A stretch of DNA of 64,000 nucleotides from Promethearchaeia archaeon (GCA_029856155.1 JAHQWL010000007.1:1-64000); one strand, 5' to 3'. Positions 8,841 to 18,657 are shown, numbered from the stretch's first letter. Program-made: numbers and translations. Notes: generated by a model not told the origin, from the sequence alone.

Positions 8841-9914
8841 ATGTCTAGTATACAAGATTCTTCTTTCAATCCTATGGCAGGAAAACACGAACGGTCTTTT
8901 CTAGAATTCTGCCGAAAATATCCAGATCAGGTTATTAAGTACCATGAATCTTCAGTAAAAGAAGGTTTTGCATATTTATTCAGTATTGGATTTAAGGATT
9001 CCGATGCTGGAAAAGGACCTGTGAGAAGGATGTATTCTGCTAAAAAAGGGGAAGGTTCAGGTCGATCTATGTTTAAGATTCTGCTAAGATATGGTCCAAA
9101 AATGTTGAAAGGAAGAAAACGGAGTTTTACTGATTTAAATCCTTATCTTCAAGAAATAGAAAACTCCACATTTAAAAAAGATATGGTGCATAATCCAATT
9201 TCTAATATGAAGTTATGGCAAGAACTTAATGAATATAGTTCAGAGAAATGGAATATAATTAAGATTGGATTTACAGAATTACCGACTCAATTAATTTTTA
9301 AAGAAAAATATGTCCTCTTTCGCTATGCTTTAGTATTTATGCAAGAGATGAAGAAAGAAAAAATTGATACTGCACCCCTCCCTACTGCTGGTATGGAAGT
9401 TATGCGAGTATATGCAACTTTAGGGGAGGCAGTCAATGATATTGCACGATGGTTACGAAAAAAAGGAGTACGTTGTCAAAGTAATCACCCTCTTGGCGGT
9501 CTTGTATGTACACCACCCCTCGCAGGTAAGGCAGGTATGGGAGGGCAAGGAAAACATGGAATGCTTATTACTCCTGAGTTTGGTCCTCGACAACGACTAG
9601 CCCCTATATTTATCGAAGAGAAGCTCTTTGATTATACTGATAACTCAGACCACACTTGGATTGAAGAATATTGTAAAATATGTGGCTTATGCCAAAAAGA
9701 GTGTCCCACTGATGCAATTCTAGAAGAAAAACGAATTAATGTTGACAATGTTCCTGGTATTGGAGCTATGTGTACATGGATTGAGAGAGAAAAATGTTTT
9801 CCCTATTTTTTAAAAACTCAAGGTTGTAGTATATGTATTAAAGTTTGTCCTTTTTCAAATGGTAAACGATCTTACGAAAAATTAAAAAATTCAATAGCCG
9901 AAAGAAAAATTTAA
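8841..9914 (+). CDS. Reductive dehalogenase / QueG-like cobalamin 2x[4Fe-4S] protein
   Basis: LAGKAGMGGQGKHGMLITPEFGPRQRL, CKICGLCQKECP and C..CSICIKVCP; no Tat signal. Confidence 0.82.
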   Translation: MSSIQDSSFNPMAGKHERSFLEFCRKYPDQVIKYHESSVKEGFAYLFSIGFKDSDAGKGPVRRMYSAKKGEGSGRSMFKILLRYGPKMLKGRKRSFTDLNPYLQEIENSTFKKDMVHNPISNMKLWQELNEYSSEKWNIIKIGFTELPTQLIFKEKYVLFRYALVFMQEMKKEKIDTAPLPTAGMEVMRVYATLGEAVNDIARWLRKKGVRCQSNHPLGGLVCTPPLAGKAGMGGQGKHGMLITPEFGPRQRLAPIFIEEKLFDYTDNSDHTWIEEYCKICGLCQKECPTDAILEEKRINVDNVPGIGAMCTWIEREKCFPYFLKTQGCSICIKVCPFSNGKRSYEKLKNSIAERKI

Positions 9915-9922
9915 TCTTATTC

Positions 9923-10771
9923 TTATAGAAATCCTAGTAGATCAGTCACTCCACTGATTTTAGGGACTTCGACATTAAAATAGTTAAGAACAATCTCAAT
10001 TAAAAAAGATAGATAGGGTTTTTGTATTCGTTCCCCATGTTTTTCTAAAATGTAGTCTATTAATAATTTAGATGTTATTGCTTTAGCTTCTTTATTTTGA
10101 ATGAGTTCGGCTATAGCTTTAGAAAACTCATAACATTTATTTATTTCATTTCTTAATATGATAACCCCCGCCATCAAATCATATTCATTAATGAACTTTT
10201 GGACCATTGCTTTCTCGAATTCCAACTTTTTCGGATTAATACTTTTTTCCTTATCTCTTACTATTTCCCGATTCTTAAAGACAATATGTTCCTTGTATTC
10301 ATTTTTTTTTTTTTTATATTCTATCTCCGAAATAATTGTTAAATCAATTTTAAATGTATTTTCCATAATTGATTTAAAAAAATTAATAAGATGATTATAG
10401 AGGAATTCCTGATCCGAAAGTATTACTACTCTCTTTCCTAAAAAGATGGTTCTGATAACGTTCACCAATAGTATATCAGGAATATTTAACCTAATTAAAT
10501 CAAATTTAATAGCTTCAGTTTCTGGAGTAATAATTTCTTTATTATCTGCTGTGGAGGCACTTTCTGGTAGTTCGATTTTGAAGTCAGCTATTAAACAATC
10601 TCTAACAGTTAAATTTTTATCTACATATGCGATAAACGAATGTTCGCATATCATTCCTGCTGCAATATTAATTGCTAAAAGGCCTTTCGCAACATTTTTG
10701 GTAACATCATCTGCAATCTCTATATGTTCCCATTGCCCACAAATTGGACAGCGAATTTCGATTCTCGCCAT
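9923..10771 (-). CDS. Asgard-type protein: N-terminal Zn ribbon plus possible DENN-like domain
   Basis: CPIC...CEH metal ligands; VIRTIFLGKRVVILSDQEFLYNHLINFFKSIM resembles the cDENN core. Confidence 0.55.
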   Translation of the reverse strand: MARIEIRCPICGQWEHIEIADDVTKNVAKGLLAINIAAGMICEHSFIAYVDKNLTVRDCLIADFKIELPESASTADNKEIITPETEAIKFDLIRLNIPDILLVNVIRTIFLGKRVVILSDQEFLYNHLINFFKSIMENTFKIDLTIISEIEYKKKKNEYKEHIVFKNREIVRDKEKSINPKKLEFEKAMVQKFINEYDLMAGVIILRNEINKCYEFSKAIAELIQNKEAKAITSKLLIDYILEKHGERIQKPYLSFLIEIVLNYFNVEVPKISGVTDLLGFL

Positions 10772-10909
10772 ATTTTGAAAAAAAGTAATTGAATAGATTT
10801 AAATCTAAAAGATTGATCATTTAGAATCTTATTTTAATATAACAAATGTTGTATTATTACTTAATAAATTTGCTCTAAAATAATAGGTTATATAAATTTG
10901 AACATAAGT

Positions 10910-11389
10910 CTAATATCTTTTAACTCGACCGTAATTTTTCTCTATTAAATTTGCAATAAGTAGACAAAATATCGCACTTAGAATTTCTGCTGTTAAAAAT
11001 GCTATTGTATTATCTAAGAATAATATAGAAACAGAGAAAATACTAAAGAAAAAGATGCTAAAAAAGATGAGAATTATTAATAATGGCTTAGTTAATGGAG
11101 CACTTAAAAATCTCTTTAGAGTTGAACTCTTGATTTTTGCTTTAAGAAATTGAGTCCTTAATTTTTCTCTTCTCTCAACTTGAGCATAGCTTTCAAATAT
11201 AATAAGAGTTGCATAGAATAATGCCACCCAAATTCCAATTGGAATTAAAATTACTACGATATGGTTTCCCATCGCTAAGAAATATTGACCAATATAGATA
11301 AAAAATAATTGGAACATTCCACACATCCCTAATAAAAGCAGGAGGAAACGAAAATATTCCTTTGAAGTCCATCGAATTCTTATTGGCAT
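10910..11389 (-). CDS. Hypothetical membrane protein (4 TM)
   Basis: Two pairs of hydrophobic helices separated by a basic loop. Confidence 0.75.
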   Translation of the reverse strand: MPIRIRWTSKEYFRFLLLLLGMCGMFQLFFIYIGQYFLAMGNHIVVILIPIGIWVALFYATLIIFESYAQVERREKLRTQFLKAKIKSSTLKRFLSAPLTKPLLIILIFFSIFFFSIFSVSILFLDNTIAFLTAEILSAIFCLLIANLIEKNYGRVKRY

Positions 11390-11415
11390 TTTTTAACCTT
11401 TCTTTAGTATTTAAA

Positions 11416-11488
11416 TGGGCCCAGGGAGACTTGAACTCCCGACCTTCCGCACGTCAAGCGAACGTCATACCAACTAGACCATGGGCCC
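11416..11488 (-). tRNA. tRNA-Val(GAC), intronless
   Basis: Reverse complement GGGCCCATGGTCTAGTTGGTATGACGTTCGCTTGACGTGCGGAAGGTCGGGAGTTCAAGTCTCCCTGGGCCCA folds as a cloverleaf with anticodon GAC. Confidence 0.95.
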
Positions 11489-11611
11489 ATTTTGATAAGT
11501 CTAAAACTGGTCTTACAATTAAATATACTAGAATTGTAAAAAATAAATATTTTATCTATTTTTAAAAGGTAAAAAAAGAAAATTAAGGAAGTTTTTATTA
11601 ATAAGTTTTAC

Positions 11612-12847
11612 TTACAACTTTTTTTCACGTAAAGCTCTAATCATTGGTAAATCATTTCCAGAAAGAATTTCGAGCATCGCTCCTCCTGCTGTCGAAATAA
11701 ATGAAACATCATCTGCTTTACCGGCCATTGAAGCTGCCGCACCCATTTCACCACCCCCGATTATTGTAAGAGCATTATTTTTCTTAGTAGCATTTACCAT
11801 AGTTTCTATAATTTCATTTGTGGACTTTCTAAAAACCTCTTTCTCAAAAATTCCAGGTGGGCCATTTGCAACAATGGTTTTACACTTCATGAGGATTTCA
11901 TTAAATTTATCTACGGTTTTTTGGCCGATATCTCCTGTTGTTGCATTATAAGTACCAGCTTCATCTATTCCGATGGTCTTTCTATTACCATTATCATCGA
12001 TAATTAAATCTTCAGGGAGAATAATCTTTTCTTTATACTTCTCATATGTATCCATTATCATAATTTTATTTGCTTCTAGATCTTCAGCGATTATTTTATG
12101 GTTTGGTTCTCCCATATCTTTGCCTAAAGCTTCAAAGATTAAAATTGCAGTCAAACCAGAACAGAGAGCATAATCTAATTTTCCATTATCAAAATTGTAT
12201 CTCATTGCTTTAAATTTATCAATAGCTTTTGCTCCTCCGATTAACATTGCCATTGGTTTTTCAGGATCTTGCATTATTTTTTTTAATGCAAATAACTCTC
12301 CATCAGTTATTGGTCCTGCCATCATCTTTGGCCATCCTACTATGGATGCATGAGCCCGATGGGCCGCTCCAAACGCGTCAACTATAACATAATCAACTAA
12401 TGGATATAATGTTTTTATCATTTCAGTGTTTTCTGCTTCAGAGAAATCTTTATAATTTTTCATTTCTCCTTCAAATTTTCGAACATTATCAAGGACTAAA
12501 ACTTCTCCTGGCTTAAGATCTTTAATTGCTTGAACTGCTTGTTGACCAAATATATCTTTAACAAATTTTACTGGACGACCAAGATACTTTTGTATCTCTT
12601 TCGCATGTATGTCTAAATCAGTAAAATCTTTTTCTCCTGGACGGGATTGGTGAGCTAAAATAATTACTGCACTCTTTTTGAAGTATTCATTCAATGCGGG
12701 TACAAGTGCTCTGATTCTCGGAGAATCTCTAATCTCCATTTTTTCTGTGTCAATATTTGAGTTTATATCGACTCTCATTAAGATTTTTTTTCCTTTCAGT
12801 TTCACATCTTTATAAGATGTATAATCAATCTTCATTTGTAGTTTCAC
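11612..12847 (-). CDS. pgk: Phosphoglycerate kinase (archaeal type)
   Basis: RVDINS, AHQSRPG, DAFGAAHRAHAS, GGAK, NGPPGIFE, STAGGA. Confidence 0.96.
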   Translation of the reverse strand: MKLQMKIDYTSYKDVKLKGKKILMRVDINSNIDTEKMEIRDSPRIRALVPALNEYFKKSAVIILAHQSRPGEKDFTDLDIHAKEIQKYLGRPVKFVKDIFGQQAVQAIKDLKPGEVLVLDNVRKFEGEMKNYKDFSEAENTEMIKTLYPLVDYVIVDAFGAAHRAHASIVGWPKMMAGPITDGELFALKKIMQDPEKPMAMLIGGAKAIDKFKAMRYNFDNGKLDYALCSGLTAILIFEALGKDMGEPNHKIIAEDLEANKIMIMDTYEKYKEKIILPEDLIIDDNGNRKTIGIDEAGTYNATTGDIGQKTVDKFNEILMKCKTIVANGPPGIFEKEVFRKSTNEIIETMVNATKKNNALTIIGGGEMGAAASMAGKADDVSFISTAGGAMLEILSGNDLPMIRALREKKL

Positions 12848-12992
12848 TTTTAATTAGGATTTAAAATTGATATTACGGTAATTTATAATTATTTTAAGTA
12901 GTTATTATTTTTTTTCAAAAATTAGTAAAATACAAAATTTATGTCATGTTATTGATTTTTATAAAACTACAATATTTACATAAAGGAAGCAA

Positions 12993-13772
12993 ATGAGTGA
13001 TATAAAAGATATTCTACAAAAATTACTAGAAAAGAAAATTACCTTAGATAATGCAGAAAAATTATTGAAAGCGAATTTAGTTGAAGAAGTTGGAGATATC
13101 GCAAAATTAGATATTTTTCGTAAAACAAGAACGGGAATACCAGAAGTAATTTTTGCTCAGAATAAAGATCCTCAAGTATTAATTGATATTATCTCTGGAT
13201 TTCTCGAGCGTAAAAAATTCGCTATTATTTCAAGGTATCAACAAGCACAAAAGAATCTAATCCTTGAAAAATTTGGTCGTAATAAAAACCATACAATCGA
13301 AGTAAATGAATTAGGAAAAATCATTGTTATTAAAAAAGACTCATATAGTTTTGGTAAAAAAGGAGGAATTGTAGGAATTATTACAGCGGGAAGTTCAGAT
13401 ATACCTGTGGCTATAGAGGCAAAGATTACTGCAGAAGCAATGGGTTGTGAGGTTGAAACTAGCTTTGATGTAGGAATAGCAGGGATACATCGAATATTTA
13501 CTCCATTAAGCGATATGATAAAAAAAGGAGTTCATGTGATAATTGTATGTGCTGGTATGGAAGGAACATTACCTGGCGTTGTTGCAGCTCTAGTAGAGGT
13601 TCCAGTTATTGGTGTTCCTATCTCAAGTGGATATGGAATGGGTGAGAAGGGGAAGGGAGCATTAATTACTATGCTTCAATCTTGTTCTCCAGGATTATTA
13701 GTTGTAAATATTGACAATGGATTTGGGGCGGGATCTTCCGCAGCTATTATTGCTAATAAAATTGCGGAATAA
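12993..13772 (+). CDS. larB: Nickel-pincer cofactor biosynthesis protein LarB
   Basis: R..RTGIPEVIFAQNK, TAGSSDIPVA.EA, DVGIAGIHR, AGMEGTLP, LQSCSPG, VVNIDNGFGAG. Confidence 0.93.
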   Translation: MSDIKDILQKLLEKKITLDNAEKLLKANLVEEVGDIAKLDIFRKTRTGIPEVIFAQNKDPQVLIDIISGFLERKKFAIISRYQQAQKNLILEKFGRNKNHTIEVNELGKIIVIKKDSYSFGKKGGIVGIITAGSSDIPVAIEAKITAEAMGCEVETSFDVGIAGIHRIFTPLSDMIKKGVHVIIVCAGMEGTLPGVVAALVEVPVIGVPISSGYGMGEKGKGALITMLQSCSPGLLVVNIDNGFGAGSSAAIIANKIAE

Positions 13773-13945
13773 TTCTCGTTTTTATCTTAAGATTTTGTAA
13801 GATACTTAGGATTTATTGATGTTATAAAAAGCGAATATTCTCATTTTAGTCTAAATCTAATTAGTAAAATTATTTATATATTCGGGTTTAAATTTCTCTT
13901 AATTAATCATAAAAAAATACAAATAATAAATAAAAAGTGGTATTT

Positions 13946-14611
13946 ATGACACCGACACCAGCATCAGAACTTGCTTTACAAAATCTTCGCTTATTAAATT
14001 CAGATTTAGGATGGTATGTTATTCCTTTACTTGCTATTGTGTTATACATATATGGCGTTGAAATTAAAAATGCTAGAGAAACAGGAAATTGGAGTACTAT
14101 TTTTGCGGGACTAACTGTATTAGGTTTAGATTTAATTAATGAAATATGGAACGGACTGGTTTTTGCCTTTTCTAATTACTCCGCTTTTTGGACTACACCA
14201 GGAGCAAGTGCATATATTATTTTAATTGGATGGAATATTGAAATTGCATTTATGTTTTCTATTGCAGGAATAATATTTGCAAAGTTTTTACCTGATGATA
14301 AAAACAAAAAAATACTTGGACTTCCTAATCGATGGGCTATAGCAATCGGTTTTGCTCTATTCTGCGTAATTGTGGAAATTTTCTTGAATTTAGGAAATTA
14401 TTTAATCTGGGAATATTGGTGGTGGAATTGGTATAATCCAATTCTAATCTTTCTAATAGGATACTTTCATTTCTTTGTAGGAGCTTTTTATGTGTATGAT
14501 TTACCAGATAGAAAGGCTAAAGTGAAAGTAGTTGGAATAATCTATGCTATAGGAATTGTACTTTTATGCATCTTTTTACCAATGGGTATTGCGGGAATAA
14601 TTAATTTTTAA
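13946..14611 (+). CDS. Hypothetical polytopic membrane protein (about 6 TM, Trp-rich)
   Basis: Hydrophobic helices with conserved-looking NEIWN, GWNIEI and WEYWWWNW segments. ATG 13946; the track uses GTG 13937. Confidence 0.75.
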   Translation: MTPTPASELALQNLRLLNSDLGWYVIPLLAIVLYIYGVEIKNARETGNWSTIFAGLTVLGLDLINEIWNGLVFAFSNYSAFWTTPGASAYIILIGWNIEIAFMFSIAGIIFAKFLPDDKNKKILGLPNRWAIAIGFALFCVIVEIFLNLGNYLIWEYWWWNWYNPILIFLIGYFHFFVGAFYVYDLPDRKAKVKVVGIIYAIGIVLLCIFLPMGIAGIINF

Positions 14612-14648
14612 AATTTTAAACTCCCCTTTTTTTTATTTTGTTCTAATC

Positions 14649-14692
14649 CATTTAATCAAACATACATTTAATCAAATGTTCATTTAATGAAT
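14649..14692. repeat. Three direct repeats CATTTAATCAAA-like with 16-bp period
   Basis: CATTTAATCAAA at 14649 and 14665, CATTTAATGAAT at 14681. Confidence 0.7.
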
Positions 14693-14871
14693 TTTTTTAC
14701 TTCAAGTGAACGAGTAGTTTATTCATTATTTTATCCCTTTTTGATATCTCTAGCCCTTTAATTTAAGATAGATAACTATAAATAGGTAAATTAATATAAT
14801 TAATATTGAACTTATTTTTCAATTAATAATATCTAAAAAAAAAAATTTAATCTTAATTAGTTGAGACCCCG

Positions 14872-15414
14872 ATGGTCGCATCTATTAATCATACTGAACT
14901 TTTTGAGAAATCTAAGAAATTTTTTGAAAGTGGTGATATCCTTAACACTTTAGATAACTTCCAAAAAGCAATGGAACACATTGATCGAACCCACATTAAA
15001 AATAAAAACGAATATATTCAATTTCTGGAAGATATTTTAACGCATTGTAGAGAAAATAATTTACCCGAAGAAGAAGCACTTGTTTTAAGGACATTAGGAA
15101 GAACTTATTCTCTTTTTAAACAATATCCTGAAAGTATGAAATATCATTACCAATCATTAAAAATACAGAAAAAGTTAGGTAAAAGATTAGAAACTGCAGA
15201 AGGATTGGTATTTCTAGCTGAAGATCTTGAAGTATCTGGAGATTTTGGTAAATGTATTCAGACTTTTCAAGAAGCATCCGAATTATATCAAGAGTTGGGT
15301 AAATTAAGAAACGTTAAGGAGATAAAGAAGGAAATTACGAGACTAAAAGCTTTTTCAAAAGAAATGGTTGAAGATGAGTATATATTACATAAGTTTAATG
15401 TTGATAAATATTAA
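14872..15414 (+). CDS. TPR-repeat protein
   Basis: EALVLRTLGRTYSLFKQYPESMKYHYQSL and the following helix pair fit the TPR pattern. Confidence 0.8.
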   Translation: MVASINHTELFEKSKKFFESGDILNTLDNFQKAMEHIDRTHIKNKNEYIQFLEDILTHCRENNLPEEEALVLRTLGRTYSLFKQYPESMKYHYQSLKIQKKLGKRLETAEGLVFLAEDLEVSGDFGKCIQTFQEASELYQELGKLRNVKEIKKEITRLKAFSKEMVEDEYILHKFNVDKY

Positions 15415-15488
15415 ATCATCATAACATTGAGACTTGTTTTCTACCTATTTTTTTTTCTTATTATTTTTGTTAAAGTATAAGCTAGTGG

Positions 15489-16787
15489 TTAAAAATTGTC
15501 GTAGATTTGTTTTATTTTAGAATTAACTAAGAGTTGAATTTTTTTCACAGTCATACCGGTCTCCTCGCTAATTTTTTTAAGATCTTCATATTCTGGCTTA
15601 ATATTAATCATTTCCATTCCTTTCTCTGATTCTATAAATGAGATTTTATAGTTTATTTCAAAAGTTTTTTCATTAACATCAATACTTTTTCTTTCAATTC
15701 TTCTATTAATGCAAACACGGTTAATAATGTTAAATCTTACACCTAATGTCCCTAATTCTTCTATCATTCTTTTAATAAGCTTAAAAGTATATTCTGGATA
15801 GCATAGGACTTTAATGATATGTCCGGGTCTGTTTTTTTTCGTTATACTGGGAAAAATCTGGACGTCTAAAATTTCTTCATTCTCAAACATTGAAATAAAA
15901 TTTCCAAGAATTTCTCCAGATATATCATCGACATCAGTTTCTAATATAGCGACTTGTTCGACATAATTTTGTAATGAGTGGGTTAAATTAGAAAAATCTG
16001 ATTTTTTATCTTCACCGTAAAATAGCCTTAAAATATTCGGGAAATTTTCAAATATCTTCTGACCTGTGCTATAATTAATTTTTAAAATTTTCATATCGGG
16101 AAGATGTTGGAGAACTTGAGGTTCTAAATTTGCTAATAATGCAGCTCCAGTAGGAGTAGTCAGTTCAGATTCTATTGGTCCTCCACATGTTATTAGATTT
16201 GATTTTTCTAAAATCTTTAAAGTGGCAGGGGCTGGAATAGCTAAGACGCCATGCTTTGTATTAATAGTACCACTACCCAAAGGGATTTTACTACAAAATA
16301 TTCTTAAATCTTTATTATTAAAAGCGTTAATTTTATCAAGAGCAGTCGCTACTCCAATAATATCTATTAAAGTATCAACAGAACTAAGTTCATGCAAATG
16401 AATATTCTTAGTTAATTCACCATGAACCTCTGATTCTGCTAGAATTAAAGAATTCAATACTTTATTCGCATAATCCTTTGCAGCATCAGAAATTTGAAAT
16501 TTTACCCAAAAATCATTTAAAGATTTTTGAAGAATAGTTGCCGTCCGGTGATCCTTGGTTTCTTTAATTTCTATTTTTAATTTATTTACTTGAATTCCTG
16601 TTATTTCTGTTTTAATTAACTTAATTTCTAATTTTGAAACCCCAGGTAATATGTTTTTTAACTTTTCTAAATCATTTAAAATTTTATTTGGTTCTGGAAC
16701 TAATTCTAAAAGAGCTGCTAGAAACATATCTCCAGAAATTCCAGAATTCTGTAAATCAATATATAATATTCTCATTTTATTCTTCAT
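15489..16787 (-). CDS. larC: Nickel-pincer cofactor nickel insertase LarC
   Basis: SGISGDMFLAAL, HLHELSSVDTLIDI, HG..IPAPAT, ELTTPTGAA, ETDVDDISGE, KKNRPG, GTLGVR, KPEYED. Confidence 0.93.
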   Translation of the reverse strand: MKNKMRILYIDLQNSGISGDMFLAALLELVPEPNKILNDLEKLKNILPGVSKLEIKLIKTEITGIQVNKLKIEIKETKDHRTATILQKSLNDFWVKFQISDAAKDYANKVLNSLILAESEVHGELTKNIHLHELSSVDTLIDIIGVATALDKINAFNNKDLRIFCSKIPLGSGTINTKHGVLAIPAPATLKILEKSNLITCGGPIESELTTPTGAALLANLEPQVLQHLPDMKILKINYSTGQKIFENFPNILRLFYGEDKKSDFSNLTHSLQNYVEQVAILETDVDDISGEILGNFISMFENEEILDVQIFPSITKKNRPGHIIKVLCYPEYTFKLIKRMIEELGTLGVRFNIINRVCINRRIERKSIDVNEKTFEINYKISFIESEKGMEMINIKPEYEDLKKISEETGMTVKKIQLLVNSKIKQIYDNF

Positions 16788-16905
16788 TTAAAATTAGTAT
16801 AAAACTCATTAGTTAAAGTAATAACAATTTTATAATTATATTATCTTTTTAATAATATTAAGAATTATAAAAAATAAATTACATTTTCAACATTAGGGCA
16901 CAGAT

Positions 16906-17640
16906 ATGTCAGAACTACAAACTATTAAGGCTTATCTTAACCAATTACCCGCAACTCTGCTAAAATTATTAGATATTGAGCCTCCACATGGTACAATCCC
17001 AGAACCAGTTCAATATATTTTAGAGTTATATCAAGGCATCGAACGTATTAGCATAAATTTAATAGATAATTTCGGACTTTTTGAGATAACTTATCTTAAG
17101 CCACAATTTATGATAACTAACTCTGAAGTAATGTTATTATTAAGCACTAAGAACCCTTACACTTTGGGGGTACTGCATCAAATAATATATGGTGGTTTTA
17201 ATATTGAATCTAATGGATTTCATTTATTAAAAGCTATAAACAATGCAGGGAAAACATCTTGCTTTATTGGCAGAAAAAAAGATTTAGATAGATACGATGG
17301 AGGAACAAAATCTATTCCAAAAGATACAGATATGAGTACTTGGGTTGAAAGTGCAAAAGCTATTAACACTCATCACCTTTCCTGGATGCATTATTTAGAT
17401 TTTGAGAATCTACATAAACAACAACAACGATTAAAGCAAAGAACTCCAGAAGATCTAATAGAAAAATTGATAAATAGAACTGATAAGTGGATCCTGGGTA
17501 ACTATAAACAACTTAGACCTAATTCATTGATGATTATTATTGGAGATCATGGTAGAGTAAAACTAGACCTCGAATATTCTGGTAAAATCGCTCAGTGGCG
17601 TGAAGCTAGTGTACCAATTGCGATCCTAATTAGAAAATAA
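16906..17640 (+). CDS. Degenerate alkaline-phosphatase-superfamily (PglZ/NPP-like) protein
   Basis: INLIDNFG, HYLDFE and IIIGDHG core motifs with VPI end; metal ligands only partly conserved. Confidence 0.55.
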   Translation: MSELQTIKAYLNQLPATLLKLLDIEPPHGTIPEPVQYILELYQGIERISINLIDNFGLFEITYLKPQFMITNSEVMLLLSTKNPYTLGVLHQIIYGGFNIESNGFHLLKAINNAGKTSCFIGRKKDLDRYDGGTKSIPKDTDMSTWVESAKAINTHHLSWMHYLDFENLHKQQQRLKQRTPEDLIEKLINRTDKWILGNYKQLRPNSLMIIIGDHGRVKLDLEYSGKIAQWREASVPIAILIRK

Positions 17641-17683
17641 TTTTTTTATCCTATTTTAATTTCGTTATAATTTGTTGTTCAAT

Positions 17684-18190
17684 ATGGAAGAATACAAGCG
17701 TTTTACAGTTTCTCTTCCTCAAGACTTATATGATAAATTTGAGGAATTTAGAGATAAATTAGGAATTTCAAGATCTGATGCTATTCGGAAGGCTATGCAT
17801 CTTTTTATGATACAAGAGGAAAACATTTCTGTTGTATCTGAAAATGTGGTAGGGTGTATAACAATAATGATGGCTCATGAACATGTTGTTCTGAATCATG
17901 AGCATTCTCATGAACATTTGAATGATATTCACCATGATCATGATTATAGCTCAAGATCTATCTATGCAAATGTCCAGCAAACCGATGAAATCCTAAAAAA
18001 TGATATTCAGCATCATTTCCATGAAATTATTATTTCTACAATGCATGTTCATTTAGAATATAAAAAATGCTTAGAAATTATTGCTGTATCTGGTCCCTAT
18101 AAAGATGTTAAAAAACTAAAAGATTCTCTTCAAAGGTTAAAAAGCATTTTCTCTATAGGATTCTTTATTATTGATAAAGAGATTACTTAA
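17684..18190 (+). CDS. nikR: Nickel-responsive regulator NikR with His-rich insertion
   Basis: RHH domain RFTVSLP..SRSDAIR and Ni site QHH..STMHVHL...CLEII. ATG 17684; the track uses TTG 17672. Confidence 0.9.
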   Translation: MEEYKRFTVSLPQDLYDKFEEFRDKLGISRSDAIRKAMHLFMIQEENISVVSENVVGCITIMMAHEHVVLNHEHSHEHLNDIHHDHDYSSRSIYANVQQTDEILKNDIQHHFHEIIISTMHVHLEYKKCLEIIAVSGPYKDVKKLKDSLQRLKSIFSIGFFIIDKEIT

Positions 18191-18459
18191 GTAGAAAAAG
18201 TATCAATAATTTAAGGTAAGAGATAAAATAAGAATAAAATATTCCTTTTCCATTAAGAGGAGGATAAGTTATAAGGCGATTTGGGTAGGAATTTTTATTC
18301 TTTATTTATTTTAAGTGGGTTATGTGTGTGTTAATTACAAATTCCAAATTAACAAATTTAAATTTCTAAAGAGTATTAAATTAGTAATTTTCACCGATAG
18401 AAAGTAATAAAAATAAAAAGAAGAATAAAGAAAAAAAAAACTAATTTATAAATTTTAGA

Positions 18460-18657
18460 TTACAAATCTTTTTCTTGGACTGTTTTCCTATTGTTTGCCT
18501 TAGCTCTTCCAATTGCTTTGTCGAGAACGTTAATAATAGCATCGTTAAGTGCAGGCCCATCAATCAAATCCCCACTTGTATTGCATCCTTTACCTTTAAT
18601 ATATTCTCGGACTTTACTTTTCACAAAAAGAGCTTCAACAGCAGCTTTTTTAGCCAT
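18460..18657 (-). CDS. Histone-fold protein, face-to-face/bacterial-type (short alpha3)
   Basis: VKSKVREYIK...NTSGD...ALN...KAIGRAKANNRKTVQEKDL with the RKTVxxxD L2 motif at the C-terminus; GGAGG SD upstream. Confidence 0.85.
   Translation of the reverse strand: MAKKAAVEALFVKSKVREYIKGKGCNTSGDLIDGPALNDAIINVLDKAIGRAKANNRKTVQEKDL

Noticed and set aside
6474-11488. Region between the two tRNAs as an integrated mobile element
   Set aside because: No integrase or transposase and no duplicated tRNA 3' end was seen; the composition matches the flanks.
11362-11565. 67-aa plus-strand ORF
   Set aside because: It is the antisense reading of tRNA-Val.
15489-16787. Programmed frameshift in larC, known in some bacteria
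   Set aside because: Both LarC domains are in one continuous ORF here.
16788-16905. Possible NikR operator in the larC divergent promoter
   Set aside because: Only weak AT-rich half-site matches, indistinguishable from background.
18243-18264. Hairpin TCCTTTTC/GAGGAGGA between convergent nikR and histone genes
   Set aside because: The stem depends on G-U pairs and has no adjacent U-tract; it could be chance.
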